A DNA stretch of 64,000 nt. Source: Lama guanicoe (lineage: Eukaryota). The position numbers and the translations under genes are program-made. This document shows, piece after piece, positions 1 through 35,864 of this stretch; positions within the stretch are counted from its first letter, which is position 1, and each line of letters opens with the position of its first letter. The notes under the pieces were generated by a model that ran no database searches, was not told the origin of the DNA, and saw nothing but the letters and a program-made list of their open reading frames with translations. The stretch spans positions 6,736,724 to 6,800,723 of the forward strand of contig MU054338.1 of the NCBI GenBank assembly GCA_013239625.1. The letters run 5' to 3'.

Positions 1-777
1 AGCTGACCTTGACCCCAGGCCCTTCCTCAGTGGTACTCATACAGCAAGCATTTTGTCAGGTGGTGGTTAAAGGGCATTAAATGAGCAGCTCTGTCTCTTC
101 CCATAGCTGTGAAGACGCCGTGTAACAAACTGCCCCAAAGCTCAGTGGTTTACGACAGTAAGTGTTTTTGAGCTTACATATCTGCGGCTCAGTGGCCGTC
201 AGCTGATCTTGGCCAGACTAACCTGCTTTGGCCCCAGGACTTGGCCGGTCTGGGTGTGCTCTCGTGGCAGTAGCAGCTCAGGAGGGCAGACGTGGAAAGG
301 AGCCTCTGACGTGCAGTGGGCTGAAGATGTTGAGACCGGGCCTGGGTCCAGGGTGGGCAGAACCCCTGAACCGAGTGGCAGGGCCCTGGCAGAAGGAGAG
401 GTGAAGATACCACGTGTGCACTCAGCTTTCCATGGTCACTGGTGCAGACCGCACCTCAGGCCAGCTCGTGAACCTGCCCGGAAATCCACCTCAGGCAGAT
501 TCCCATCAGGTTACAAGAAATCAGTGGAGCCTTGTTGTCTTGTTTGTTTTAAACTACTGTGCGCCTCGACAGCACTCACATGAGGTGTTGATGGCACTCT
601 TAGATCATAAGTTCTGAAGTGATAAATGCCTTTTGCAGTGAAGACTTGCCCTTCAGCTGAGAAAGGTGATCCCTGCTCTAACTCTGGGGAGGAGACCATG
701 TAAACCCTCACTGGGGCTACTCTGCCCCGAAATGGAATCAGGCTCCCTGAGCTGACTGTGTGTTTGTTCTGTGGCAG

Positions 778-23320
<22,543 letters not shown>

Positions 23321-23367
23321 TTTTGCCCTCCCATCGAGCTTGTTTCTGGCACCAGGGATCCCCAACG

Positions 23368-23375
23368 TGCACTGA
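23368..23375 (+). promoter_or_regulatory. miR-148/152 8-mer target site in DNMT1 3'UTR
   Basis: TGCACTGA is the exact complement of the miR-148/152 seed, and this family is a known DNMT1 regulator. Confidence 0.75.
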
Positions 23376-23621
23376 TATTGTATTTTTAACATGCTGATCT
23401 GTTGGTTCAAATGTGTTGTACACGGTGTTTGTGGCCTTGGCTGACACGAAGATGTCCTGTGAGGTTTGCTTATCAGACTAATTTGACTCGGTGATCAAAC
23501 TGTGCAGTACTTTGTGCATTTTGGATTTTAAAAGTTTTTTATTATGCATTATATCAAATTTACCACTGTATGAGTGGAAATTAAACTTTATGTAGTTTTT
23601 ATATGTTGTAATATTTCTTCA

Positions 23622-23627
23622 AATAAA
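23622..23627 (+). terminator. DNMT1 polyadenylation signal AATAAA
   Basis: AATAAA about 300 nt after the stop codon, at the end of a U-rich 3'UTR. Confidence 0.85.
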
Positions 23628-26053
23628 TCTCTCCTATAAATCGCCCTGGGTGGTGATTCATGATTTATGAGGGGCTTCTGGCTACCTTTCAGCTGAATGG
23701 ATGAGAGTGGGCTCGTCAGTGCTGAAGGTGACCCCACGGAGGCATTTTTCTGAGGTTAGATCATTCCATGTGCCCCATGTGTGATTGGGGTGGGGATTGT
23801 GGGTCAGTTCTGGCCAATGAAATGCAAGTGGCACTTGCCAGTGTGGCTTCCAGGAAAGCCTTTTAAAGGAATAGTTTCAGTTGGCCTTCCCCATGGCCTT
23901 GTAGCTGTTTGGTCTGGCTGTGAGGCCTGGCAGTGCAGCAGCTATTTTGTGACCACGAGGACAGAGCCGCACGCGGTGGATGGTGGAGCAAAGAGAAGAG
24001 TCGCTTGGAGCCTCGGCCGCCACCCCCAGGCAGATCCCTTACTGGCTTCAGTCTGTTATGTGGGCTTTCTGCACTTCCAGCCCGACTCAGTCCTGTTGAG
24101 CCCTAAGGCGAGCAAACCTTTGTCCTCGGGAAAAGATGGCAAAGCAGGAACAGATGAAGAAGTGTCGATCAGCAGCACACACGACCCAGGGGGCCATTGT
24201 TAGGGTGCCACGTAACACCTGCTCCACCACCTCTACACGTGCTTGTACCAAAGCACTCGGTGGCACCTCAACTGGGACTCGCTGCTTCATCATGTAAGAC
24301 AAGGACCAGCGATCATTCGAATGTGAAACTTGCTAAGCTTTTTCATAGTAATTAATTAGATATGCCGTTTTGTCCCCTTGTCCTGCTGTTGTGAACGGCA
24401 CCACACTGAACATCTTTGTACATGCTCCTCCCATTGTGTCCTTTAGGGAAATATCTAGAGAGTTTCCTGGATCATCGAGTATAAATATTCTTTATTTCCC
24501 CTTCAGAGCCCGTGGCTGACCTACCCCTCTGGGGAGGTTTTGATGCTTCTCCCACCAGCAGAGTGACCTGGCCTTTGCCCTACCCTGGCTTTTGCCTCTT
24601 TGATCCTTGTCAGTGGAAAAGTGAGTTCTGTTAGCATTCTTTAGGAGTGATTCAACGCTCCCAAGCGTCCGGTGGCCACTGGAACTTGCTCCTTATCTCC
24701 GTGGTGATAGGTGGCTTCGTCCGTGCTAGGGGCTGTCCAGGCATTAGGCTTTTTACCCCTGCTTGAGTTACTTTTCATCTTGAGTCATGTCTTCACCAGA
24801 AAGATTTTATTTTTAGGGGTTAGTGTGTATTTGTCACTTCTATTTTTCAGAGCCTATTTAGAAAGGCCTTCCCTACCCCTAAGTCATAAACTTGTGTTTT
24901 TTTCCATATTTCTAAAATACCTTAACATGCAAATTATTTTTGTAAGGAGTCAAGTAGGCATTTCAGCTCATTTTTTGAACAGGTAACAGGCACACATGGT
25001 AAACACAACACTCAACATGGTACCTGGTAAAATTTCTCTGTTGGGTTTTATTTTTTAGCTATACTTTCTGCTTTTCTTTTTTTTTTTTTTAAGCTAAAAA
25101 CTCATGTAAAGGTATATCGTGCGTATAGCAAAGTATACTGGGTCTTCCCCAGGTACCCTGACCAAGACAACCGAATCCTTGTCCTTCCAAAGTCCTCCTG
25201 TGCCTGAGTGCAGGCGTGTCTGTATCTTTTCTCTGCTGCAAATAAACGGTGGCATCAGTTAAAACCGCTTTGCACCTTCAAGGTTGTTCTACTAGGAGTG
25301 TCTTGCTGGTCCCTTTTTATTGGTCTAATATGAAATGTACAAGTCCTAGATGTGCAGCTTATTCTGGTAAGTGAGTACAATCAGAACCCACATCCTTATC
25401 AAACTACGGGACATTTGCATCACTCAAAGTCTCCTGTGTCCTTTCCTAGTTCATTACCCGCCTTCCCCCACCAGCAGGCAACCTCTGGTCCAATTCCATC
25501 TCCATGGATGGCTTTCCCCTGTTCGATTCAGTGTGGGCTCTGTGTCTGGCTGCTCTCACTCAGCTTAACGTCTTTGGGAGTCATCCACGTTGCTAATGTG
25601 TATCATAGTTTGCCCCTTTTTATCACTAAGTAGAAGGAATGCCCTTATTTTAAACTTTCATCCTATGTGATACACTTCCTGTCCCTCAAGGGGGCAGCTG
25701 GTCAAACTGTGGTATATACATTTGTACACACATGAGAATCCACATCTATAATACATTTCTAGATGTATTATACATATATATTATGTACAGTTGAATGACT
25801 GGGTCAAAACTTCAGAATTGGCACATCCTCTGAAAATCCAGTGGGTGTTTTGTTTTTTTTTTATAGTGATTGTACAAAATTTACAGACTTCTGGGGAAAA
25901 CTGATCTCACAATGACAAGCCTTTCTAAGAACAAGGTCAGTCTTTCGGTCTTTCTGGTTATTCAGATTGTTTTTATGTCTTTCATAGCATTTAAAATTCT
26001 TCATACAGATACTAGAAATTTCTTAACTTGATTTTTAGGTTTTGTTTTGTTAG

Positions 26054-26127
26054 TGGAGGTACTGAGGATTGAACCCCGGATCTCATGCATGCTAAGCACA
26101 CACCACCACTGAGCTAAACCCCTTCCC
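26054..26127 (-). mobile_element. tRNA-derived SINE, short form
   Basis: A/B boxes; TSD TGATT(T/C)TTAGGT at 26029-26040 and 26130-26141. Confidence 0.85.
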
Positions 26128-27620
26128 TCTGATTCTTAGGTATTTAACCTTTTCATTACTAATGTACATGGGATGTTATTTTCCAAAGAGTGGTCCTTTG
26201 TCTACAGAAAGATTATTGACTTTTATTGATTATTGACTATTTTTTTCTTTGACGATTTACTGAATTCCTTCATTTTTGTGATACTTTTCTGGTTGAAGCC
26301 TTCATTTCAGGAATATGATATGCTACTGGGAACAATTTTCGATGGACACCGGGGTTACTTCCACCTTTTGGCTTTTGTGAATCGTGCTGCCACGACTGTG
26401 GTTGGACAAAGATCTGTTCGAGACCCTGCTTTCAGTTCTTCTGGGTACATTCCTAGAAGTGGAATTGCTGGGTCATATTTCTACTCTGATTTTGTGAGTC
26501 CCCACCATACTGTTTTCCACAGCAGCAGGTTTTTTTTTTTAATGAAGGAAATATTTAAGGCACAGCTAAAACCCTTTCGTGTGCCTTTCAGATCCCTGTC
26601 TGCTACTTCCCCAGACACAACCACTGTGAAAGCGTTGCTATGTCTCCTTCCTGTCCAGGCTTTCCCACAATTACCGCATGTCTATAAACTTAATATTGTC
26701 TGTGTCTTTCAAAACATTATGTTAATCTATTCTACCACACATATCTGTCTGCAACGTACTTTTCTCCTTCAAGCATGTTTGCAGTTTTTAAAGAAAAGCA
26801 AGCTGTAGAAAAGACACTGCATTCAACAGCAGCCAAAATGGTCAGTACTTGTTTCCCCTTTTTGTGTCACGAGGAAGCCTTTCTAACACCCCATCATCAC
26901 CACAGTGACCACGATCACGCACAAGTGTAATGGGCCCATCAGCTTTGTCCACGGTGACATGCAATCATCTGCAACTACTGATTGAGAACTTGCACAGACA
27001 TCGTCACACAACCACTGATCCACCGCTGGCGATCCCAGTCCCCGTTCTGGGGCTGGGCGCGCATGTAGCAATAAGCCAGACCACTGCTGTCCCTCCCTGC
27101 CTTAGGAACAAAGCAGGCAGGCAAACTCCACAAGTGACGAAGAGATTTTAAAAAGCGAGAAAGGCTACCATCCAAATAAAGCAGAGAATTGGGATGGAGT
27201 GACTCTGAACCTTGCTTTGTTCCTCTCCAGACTTTATTAAAATGCACAGATCTTTTATGTGCAGCTGGATTTTTCAACGTGTGTATTTATTTGCCTGAGT
27301 TATCAGCTGCCCAGATCAAGATGTGGAAAATCCCCACCACCCTGGAAGGCTGCCTAGCACCCCTCCCAAGCTGATCCTGTTCCTGTTAAGAGGTAATCAC
27401 AGTCTGATTTCTGTTACTATAGGTTAGTGTAGCCTGTTTGAGAATTTCACACAGATGGAATCGTAGGGTATCTGTTCTTTTGTGTCTGAGACATGCATTC
27501 ACGTCACTGATTATAACAATCATTTGTTCCTCTTTATAGCCACAAGGTACTCCATCATAGAGATGGACCACAGTTTATCCTTTTTTGTCCATCCCTCTGT
27601 TGATGGACTTTTTTTTAAAA

Positions 27621-27694
27621 TGGAGGTACTGGGGATTGAACCCAGGTGTCCATGCTAAGCATGCGCTCTACCACTGAGCTGTTACCCTCCTCAC
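27621..27694 (-). mobile_element. tRNA-derived SINE, short form
   Basis: A/B boxes; TSD TTGATGGACTTTT at 27600-27612 and 27696-27708. Confidence 0.85.
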
Positions 27695-27714
27695 CTTGAT
27701 GGACTTTTGAGTTG

Positions 27715-28035
27715 TGTTACGACCTGAATTTTGTGCCCCTAAAATTCATTTGTGGAAGCCCTAGCCCCTAGTACCTCAGAACATGAGTGTATTTGGGGAT
27801 AGTCGTTAAAGAAGTGATTGAATTAATATGAGGTCATCAAGGTCATAAAGACCATGTGAAGATATGGGAGAAGACAGCCACCTACAAGCCAAGGAGAGAG
27901 ACCTCAGAAGGAATCAATCTGCTGATACCTTATCTCAGACTCCCAGCCTCCAAAACTGTGATAAAATACATTCCTGTTATTTATAAGTCACCTCGCCTGT
28001 GGTATTCTGTTAGGGCTGACCTAGCGAACTAATTC
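27715..28035 (+). mobile_element. MaLR solo LTR (MLT1A-like)
   Basis: TGTTACGACCTGAATTTTGTGCCCCTAAAATTCAT start, internal GCCAAGGAGAGAG.CCTCAGAAG, and CAGCCTCCAAAACTGTGA...GTGGTATTCTGTTA end. Confidence 0.7.
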
Positions 28036-28512
28036 AAATTGTTCCCCGTTTTTGGCCATGGTGAAATAAATCTGCAAAAAACATTTGTGTATGTATTCTA
28101 TGTGGATGCGTGGTTTCCGTTCTTACAAAGAATACTGAGCAGTGGAATTCCACCTGTGAGAGCCAGTGAATCCTCCTGAAGTGCTGCTGACTGGCCAGCA
28201 GATGGCGCACCGCGCGTGTCCACCTTCCCCCACCTGCCCCCTCATGCCCTGCGCTGGATTGCTTTTGCTCTTGTCCTGCCCGCTGTCCGTGGAGATTGTG
28301 CACGTGGAAAGAATGTCGGTGCCACAAAGGAGGACCGGAGGAGGGGCCCCGGGACTTTTTTTCCAATCCAGACTTCAGGTTTCTCCGTACTGCCCTATGC
28401 GCCCCTGGACCCCCTTTTATTTATCCTTGCAAAATACCTGACTTTTTGTAAAAATAACACATTTGATATTTAAGAAAAAGTATTCTATACAAGAGAATAG
28501 TGAAAAGGAAGT

Positions 28513-28847
28513 CAGGCATACCTTGGGGATATTGCAGATTCAGTTCCAGACCACTGCAATAAAGCAAATGTTGCAATAAATAAGTAAATAAATAATAAAG
28601 TGAATGTTGCAAGTCACACAAATTTTTTTGGTTTTCCAGGGCATATGGAAGTTATGTTTACACAGTACTGTAGTCTATTAAGTGCACAATAGCATTATGC
28701 CTAAAAAAAAAAAGCAATGCATATACCTTAATTTAAAAATACTTACTGCTAAAAAATGCCAATCATCATCTGACAACGCAGAGATCCCACAAAACTTCAA
28801 CTGGTTGAAAAAAAATCAGTGAATCACAATGAAAAGAGGTATGCCTG
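28513..28847 (+). mobile_element. Tigger1-derived non-autonomous element (TcMar)
   Basis: TIRs CAGGCATACCT ... AGGTATGCCTG followed by TA; Tigger1-like left arm. Confidence 0.8.
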
Positions 28848-30168
28848 TAAAGGTGAGGCCAAACCAAAACACCCAGGAGCACCAGTGTTTAGTGGTTAAT
28901 GTCCTTCTGGGCAAGGAGAAATGTGCAGTTTTCTCTCCAGGGGTGGTGCTCAGATGAATGGGGCAACATTTAGCCAATCCTTTAATCATGATGGTTGTGC
29001 TGTTTTCAATTTTCCAATCCTTTAAACCACACTGTGATGGACACTTTCTTATGGACGATTTAGTGCACTTGGACATGTTTTTCCTTAGGCCACTCCTAGA
29101 AGAGGAAGTGCAAGCTCATGGATATGAAATATGTATTAAAATACACTTATGTGTTACACCTCATATATATTACATAAATATGTACTATGCATTCATATAC
29201 AAAGTATACTTTTATATTTATGCATATATTTATATTTAAACCAAAAAAATCAAACGGTAAAAAATTTTAAATACAACAGAAAAGTCCAAAAATAATCTTT
29301 TTTTCCCTAATGGCTTCCTCTCAAAACATCCCTCAGCAACAGTTTATTTCTTTTCAGAAAATAGTTTTCACGCTATTAAAGATTTACAAAAATTGGTTCC
29401 TACAGTATATACCATTTTATATCTTGCTTTCTCTTCTTATCTTGGATATATATATATTTTTTTCACATGAGCACAAATGGATCTACTTCCTTAAAGACTA
29501 CACAGCATTTAATAAATCACTGCACAGCATACCTTAATCTATTTAACCAGCCTCTAAGAATGGACAGATAGGTGTTGCCAGTTTTTGCTGTCATAAACAA
29601 TACTTCCCAGATAGCTTATTCTTACATTTTTGTACATATTTACAAATTTTTCTCCCCAGTTGAATTATTAGCTGGCTCAAAGGAAAATACATATGTACAT
29701 TTAAGTTTTAGGAGATGTTGTCAATATTCCATCTAAAGAGTTTGCATAATTTCATGTACTAACAATGTGAGGGAGTGTCTTTTTCTCTACATCTTTGCTA
29801 CCATTGAGTAATCTCAATTTTTTAAAAGTTTTGCCCACTGCAACATTGTTTGGATTTTGCATTTCTTGGTGTAAACTTGAGTGAGTTTGCACAAATGTTT
29901 ACTGGCCCTTTGTACAAACTTTGTATTTTCATCTGTGTTTCCAGGCCACCCTCTTTCTTTCACTCACTTTGCCAGCCACCTTCCTGGTCTCCTGTAATTT
30001 ATTCCTTTCTATGCTACCCTCTACAGGCTTCCAGAATAATCTTTCTCCGAAGAAAATCTGGTCACAATGAGTCACCACTCAAAACATGTCAAGTGACCTC
30101 ACTGGCACCCCACAGCCTGAGGATAAAGAACCTATGCTCTTTAGTCTGATTTTAAAAGTCCTTTATGA

Positions 30169-30448
30169 GCCATAGAAAGCAAACTATGGTTACCAAAGGG
30201 GAAAGGGGTCAGGAGAGGGATGAATTAGGAGTTTGGGATTAACATATATACACTACTATATATAAAATAGATAAGCAACAAGGGCCTACTGTACAGCACA
30301 GGGAACTATATTCAGTATCTTGTAATAGCCTATAATGGAAAATTATCTGAAAAAGAATATATGTATGTATACATATATATAACTGAATCACTTTGTTATA
30401 CACCTGACACTAATACAACATTATAAATAAACTATACTTCAATTTTTA
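30169..30448 (+). mobile_element. 5'-truncated LINE-1 3'UTR
   Basis: Typical L1 3' end (GGTTACCAAAGGGGAAAGG...ACAGCACAGGGAACTATATTCA...ACTGAATCACTTTG...ACTATACTTCAAT); TSD AAAAGT(C/A)CTTTATGA at 30154-30168 and 30449-30463. Confidence 0.85.
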
Positions 30449-31169
30449 AAAAGTACTTTATGATCTGTTTCCCACCCCATCCCATATCCCCATTAATTAA
30501 GCACTTACTTAGTGCAGATACCCCGTGGGTCCTGGGGACCCAGAGGTGAACAAAGCAGGCAGGCAGATGTCCGCTTTCTGCAACTGACATTCTAGAGCAA
30601 GCATTTTTTTCTCACTCATTTTTTTCATTATTGCTCCTCTGTAGGAGCAAAATTGAATTATCTTTCAATTTAATTTCAATCCATTTTAATCAAATCACAT
30701 TTAATTTATCCCTAGAAGTGGAAATTAAATAATTAGGAATAAGATTTGTGTCTGGGAAGGTTGGCTTTGGAGGGCCACAAGCCATTGTAATGTCTAAGGT
30801 TTTTTTAGTCACCCAAGAATTATTTGACCCCTTGGGAGTCATAAGACTTCCATTGAGAATGCACGCCCTAGAGGGAGAGCTGGACAATACACAAGTAAAT
30901 GGAAAAGATTATATCAGGGGGCCAAGAATGTTACAAAAGATAGGAGGGAGAATCGTTGATGGGGTCACTTGACATCTTGATCATTCATATCAGGAAAGCT
31001 CTTCCCAGACAAGGAAGACCAGTCTTGGTTTCTTCAGCTGCAAGATGGAAATTATAATTTCCTCTTCACAGTTCTTGAGAACAGTAAGATCTCAATAACT
31101 AAGCTTTACTGTTATTATTGATTAAAAAAATTAAGAAGATAAATGAGATGCGCCTCTACCCAGCTACCT

Positions 31170-31720
31170 AGTTGGATTCCAGGGCTCAGCCTCTCACTGT
31201 TGGCGCCTCTACCTCCGTCCGCATGAGGGCGCTGTGGACGCCGCAGCCGGGCTGCTCTAGGTGGCGGAGCCGGAAGTCTCGGTCTCCCCTGACTTCCGGT
31301 CTTTGGGCCAGGTTTGCCCTGCGTGGAGAATATCTTGCAATGCCTACCGGAGATTTTGAGTGAGTTTGGGGTCGTGGGGGGAGGCAGGGGAGGCTGGGGA
31401 GGCGGACTGGGGATTGTAGGGAGTATTCAGGAGCCTGGGTGCGCCGAGACCGTGGGAGCGGGGCCTCGCCTCACCCGACCCTCCTCCCGGCAAACTTGTC
31501 CCCGCAGTTCGAAGCCCAGTTGGGCCGATCAGGTGGAGGAGGAGGGAGAGGACGGTGAGTATGCGTCGTCGCCTCGGATATCCACAGCCAGCCTCCAGCC
31601 CGGTCATTGCCGCCTGCTCCAGTCCCCCGCCCTGGCATCGCCGTCTGACCCTGCGTCTTCCCTCACGGCCAGCCCCTGCCCCGCGCCATCCGTTTCCGGG
31701 CCAGCCTGACTCCAATTTCA
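31170..31720 (+). promoter_or_regulatory. EIF3G CpG-island promoter with inverted ETS/GABP pair
   Basis: CpG-rich region with CCGGAAGT at 31270-31277 and ACTTCCGG at 31292-31299, just upstream of the ATG. Confidence 0.7.
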
Positions 31721-34700
31721 GATGTTCACTGGGGAGTCCCTCTTCCTTCCATGCCACGGCCCGGGTCCTTGGTATCAGCACAGATGCGCCCCTACTTCGG
31801 GGAGGAAGTTGTAATAGCCTCCCTTCTGCCTTTGCACTACCGCCTAGATGCCTGTGGTCTGCCCCTGCCTTCATGTTAAGGATCCCCTCTGCTTGCCATT
31901 GCTGGGACGTACTACAGCCAGCTAGCTTCATGACCCCGCGCGGCTATCCTAGGATGCTTTCTGGCTACTCTTCTGCCCTTGGTTCTGCCTGTCTCAGCTC
32001 CTGGTGTGGGCATCATCCCCAGAGTCCCTCCATTTCAGCTTGGGAGCTCCTATCTCTCCAGCTGACACCTGCTCCCCACACTCCCTCTCACAGACAAATG
32101 CGTCACCAGTGAGCTCCTCAAGGGCATCCCTCTGGCCACCGGGGATACCAGCCCAGAACCTGAGCTAGTGCCAGGAGGTGAGTGACAACCTCTGCTCCAA
32201 CCCTGGGCTGCCTCTCTTCCCAGCCACATTCCCTCCTGTCCCCATTACCCAGGGCTCAGCTCCTCTCGCCTTTTCCCTTCTCCCAGCTCCACTGCCACCT
32301 CCTAAGGAGGTCATCAATGGAAACATTAAGACTGTGACTGAGTACAAGATAGATGAGGATGGCAAGAAGTTCAAGGTGAGGCTGGGGGAGGAGGTGGGTG
32401 CCCTTTGCTTGGGGGCACTTGGACCAGGAGAGGGTGGTGTGTGTTGGTGGTTTGATGAAGAAGATCTCCCGGCCCCAGGAACCTGGAGGAACAGGAAGCC
32501 CAAACCTCTCCTCTTGTATCCCCAGATTGTCCGCACTTTCAGAATAGAGACCCGGAAGGCCTCAAAGGCTGTTGCAAGGAGGAAGGTAAGACCCTTCTCC
32601 CCGCTTCTTGGGGGCTCCCACAGGGCTGACTTAGAGAAAGTAGAAACCCTTTTCCCCAGTGCCTTTGTTTTTAAAAGTGGTGTTTAACTGTTTGTACCCA
32701 TTATGTTGGAGCAGAACTGAGGCCTAGGGGTGTTTGCGCTCTGTTGGGGCCCTGACAGTCCAGCCTGTGCAGGAGTGGATGGGGTTAATTCTTAATCCTC
32801 TTGACTTGTCTACCAGTAGGAACAGAGCCAAGCTCTCCCCTGAGGTGGTCATAGCAGAAGTGATAACAGTAAATAAATTTGGCACAGTTACCTGCACTTT
32901 TTCTGTGTGAGATCCAAGTGCTTTGCAGGAAGTGTTTGCTCATTCAGTCCCCCTTGCACCCCAGGGAGGTGGGGAGCACTGTGGTCCTCTTTTTATAGGT
33001 GAGGAAACTAAGGTTCAGGTTTTAACTAGCTTAAGGACCCTGAAAGTCTCGGTGACCCCTACACACCCCCAGCATCACTTTGTGCTAGGAGCTGATTCGC
33101 TACCTGCATGGCCCCTGCCAGGAGTTGTTGGCAGTGAAGCTGTTTCCTCCTGAGCCTCACTTCTGTCATCTGGGACATGGGGCTGAGAGCTGCCCCTGCC
33201 TCCTAGAGCTGAAGAGAAGCTTGGGCTTGGCAGGCACTCAGGGAATGGGAACTGTTGTCACCACTGTGAGGGTCGTTTGGGGAGGGTGGAAAATGGAGTT
33301 CAAGGCTCAGACACCCTGGACATGGGTATTGTAAGTCTTGGGTGCCAGTGGAAGGGGTCCACTTGTTGCCCTGACCTGTCCCCCATCCCACCCTGAGCTC
33401 AGAACTGGAAGAAGTTTGGGAACTCAGAGTTTGACCCGCCGGGGCCCAATGTGGCCACCACCACGGTCAGCGATGATGTGTCCATGACGTTTATCACCAG
33501 CAAAGAGGTATGTGGGGCAGTGGGCCAGGGCCAGTGGCCAGGGCTGTGGCGGCCGCAGTGGGGCAGTAGCCCCGTGTGAGCTGCCCCCACCTGCCCTGCC
33601 AGGATCTGAACTGTCAGGAAGAGGAGGACCCAATGAACAAGCTCAAGGGCCAGAAGATTGTGTCCTGCCGAATCTGCAAGGGCGACCACTGGACCACCCG
33701 CTGCCCCTACAAGGACACACTGGGGCCCATGCAGAAGGAGCTGGCGGAGCAGCTGGGCCTGTCCACTGGCGAGAAGGAGAAGCTGCCTGGAGGTGCAGGG
33801 GCCTGGGGGTGCAGCTGGCAGGCAGGGGACAGGGGCAGGGACGGTGTGCACCTCTGGGAGAGTCCTGGCTCATCACCTGCTGTCTAACCAAGGCCGCCCC
33901 CAATGCGGCTGTCATCTCCTGTACAACAGCGTCAGCAGCACGAGGCTGTGGCCACAGTCAGTGTTTGTGTGTGAGAGACACTGGCGGGGCGCTCTGGCTG
34001 CTGGTGATGTCACTGTCTCTCCTCGTGGGGGTCTGTGGTAGCTGCTTGTGTGTGCGCCTGTACGTGGGACTACACTGTGAGTGGTGGGGGGACAGCTGTT
34101 CTCTGATGTATCTGTGTGACCGTTGTGACTTGAGTGTGCTGTGTTTGCATGCACACACCTAGGAGCAGACTTGCTCATGTGACTGTGATTCGCTGATGGT
34201 GAGTTTTAGTCTGGACAGCTCTACGTTCATGACGTGTGTGTGGCACACTGTCACCTACTGGGGTGGGGGGCACCTGGGGACTATTCCTACCCCATGTACC
34301 TGTGTGTTGTTGTGAGGCTGGTGTGACTGTCCAGCTCTGTGGGTTCTCACTTTTCTTGTGCTGCTGGCAGGGTGTTTAAATGACGTCAGCTTCCTGGGTG
34401 TGGTCTTTAAGTCACCATGGCCACCAGGCCTTGAAGGGGCTAACCGGATGCCTGTGGTTTAACGGAGGGTGCTTGGGCTGATCATGACCAGAGCTACCAG
34501 TATCCTGGAGCATGTCTGACCCTCCATCTGTGCCAGGGAGGCTTGACCCGACCTTGCTTTTGGTCTCCAGAGCTGGAGCCCGTGCAGGCCACTCAGAACA
34601 AGACGGGGAAGTATGTACCTCCGAGCCTGCGGGATGGGGCCAGCCGCCGCGGCGAGTCCATGCAGCCCAACCGCAGAGGTGAGGCAGGGAGGGCGTCCTG

Positions 34701-35466
34701 GCTCCGGGCCTGCAGGCGGGCACCTCCCCGCACCCTGTGATTATCCTGCGGGTGGGGCTGGCTCCTCACAGATGCTTCTCCTTGCCTGCCCAGCCGATGA
34801 CAACGCCACCATCCGCGTCACCAACCTGTCAGAGGACACTCGTGAGACAGACCTGCAGGAGCTCTTCCGGCCCTTTGGCTCCATTTCCCGCATCTACTTG
34901 GCAAAGGACAAGACCACTGGCCAGTCCAAGGTGGGCTGGTGGCCCTGGGGGTGGGGAGGGGTTGTGATCCCACCTGTGCCCTGAATGCCCCTGACCCCAC
35001 CCCTCCCCCAGGGCTTTGCCTTCATCAGCTTCCACCGCCGCGAGGATGCTGCCCGCGCCATCGCTGGGGTGTCGGGCTTCGGCTATGACCACCTTATCCT
35101 CAACGTCGAGTGGGCCAAGTAAGACCCCTGCTCTCCCCCACTCCCCTTGGTGTCACAGCCGACACTCAGGCTGACTGTGGCCCCACACCCGGTTAATGGC
35201 CTCCAAGCTTGTCTTGGGGTGCAGGTCATCAATTGTCCTTTTCCTCTGGTGGAGGGGCCCACCACCCACGTGCGGCAGGGCCAGGCTGGTCATCGCCAGT
35301 CTGGCTCCTCGTGTGCCCTGTGCCACCATGCTGTCTCCCCCTGCCCACTGCTGAAACCCCTGTTGTGTGGTGGGGGGACTCTTAGGATTCTCTCAGGAGT
35401 CTGAAGCCCCAGCACTTACCATCCTCAGCCACCTCCCATCTCCTCTCTAGGCCATCAACCAACTAA
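31340..35466 (+). CDS. EIF3G: Eukaryotic translation initiation factor 3 subunit G (320 aa, 11 exons)
   Basis: Exons 31340-31359, 31508-31554, 32094-32177, 32287-32375, 32526-32585, 33403-33507, 33603-33792, 34571-34678, 34794-34930, 35012-35118, 35451-35466 sum to 963 nt. The protein starts [22 protein letters not shown], has a zinc knuckle ([13 protein letters not shown]) and a C-terminal RRM (IRVTNL...KGFAFISF), and ends EWAKPSTN*. Confidence 0.98.
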
Positions 35467-35548
35467 ACCAGCTGCTGCTGCTCGGCCCCCAACCCCGGGA
35501 TCCTTCAGTGACAGAAGGAAGCCTCTGGGAGCAGGGGGCTCCAAGGGC

Positions 35549-35554
35549 AATAAA
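35549..35554 (+). terminator. EIF3G poly(A) signal AATAAA
   Basis: AATAAA 82 nt after the stop codon. Confidence 0.85.
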
Positions 35555-35582
35555 GAGTCTCCAGTCATCCTGTGCTGTTCCA

Positions 35583-35588
35583 TTTATT
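35583..35588 (-). terminator. P2RY11 poly(A) signal AATAAA (minus strand)
   Basis: TTTATT on the + strand, about 280 nt downstream of the P2RY11 stop codon. Confidence 0.8.
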
Positions 35589-35864
35589 TGCAGATGTCAC
35601 CCACAATGTGGCGGGTGAGGCTAGCCTTGCCCTCCTTTCCTTCCCCGCTTCGAGGGTCGGCTCCCTGGCCCTGCCTGGGTTGGTGCTGTGGGCAGAAGTT
35701 CCTGCCACTCGAGCCTGGGTGTTTTGCTTGTCCCACCATAGGCCTCTCCTTGGGGAGGAAGTGTTGGCTTGAGGCCTGTTGGGGTCTCGGGGCCGGGGGC
35801 CAGCTGTGCTCTGTCTCCATTCAGCTGCCAGGTCTTGTGAGGAGGGGGCTGAGGATGGGCCAGG

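Noticed and set aside
26233..26808. 191-aa AT-rich ORF between DNMT1 and EIF3G
   Set aside because: Overlaps antisense old L1-type sequence (e.g. CCTAGAAGTGGAATTGCTGGGTCATAT); not a gene.
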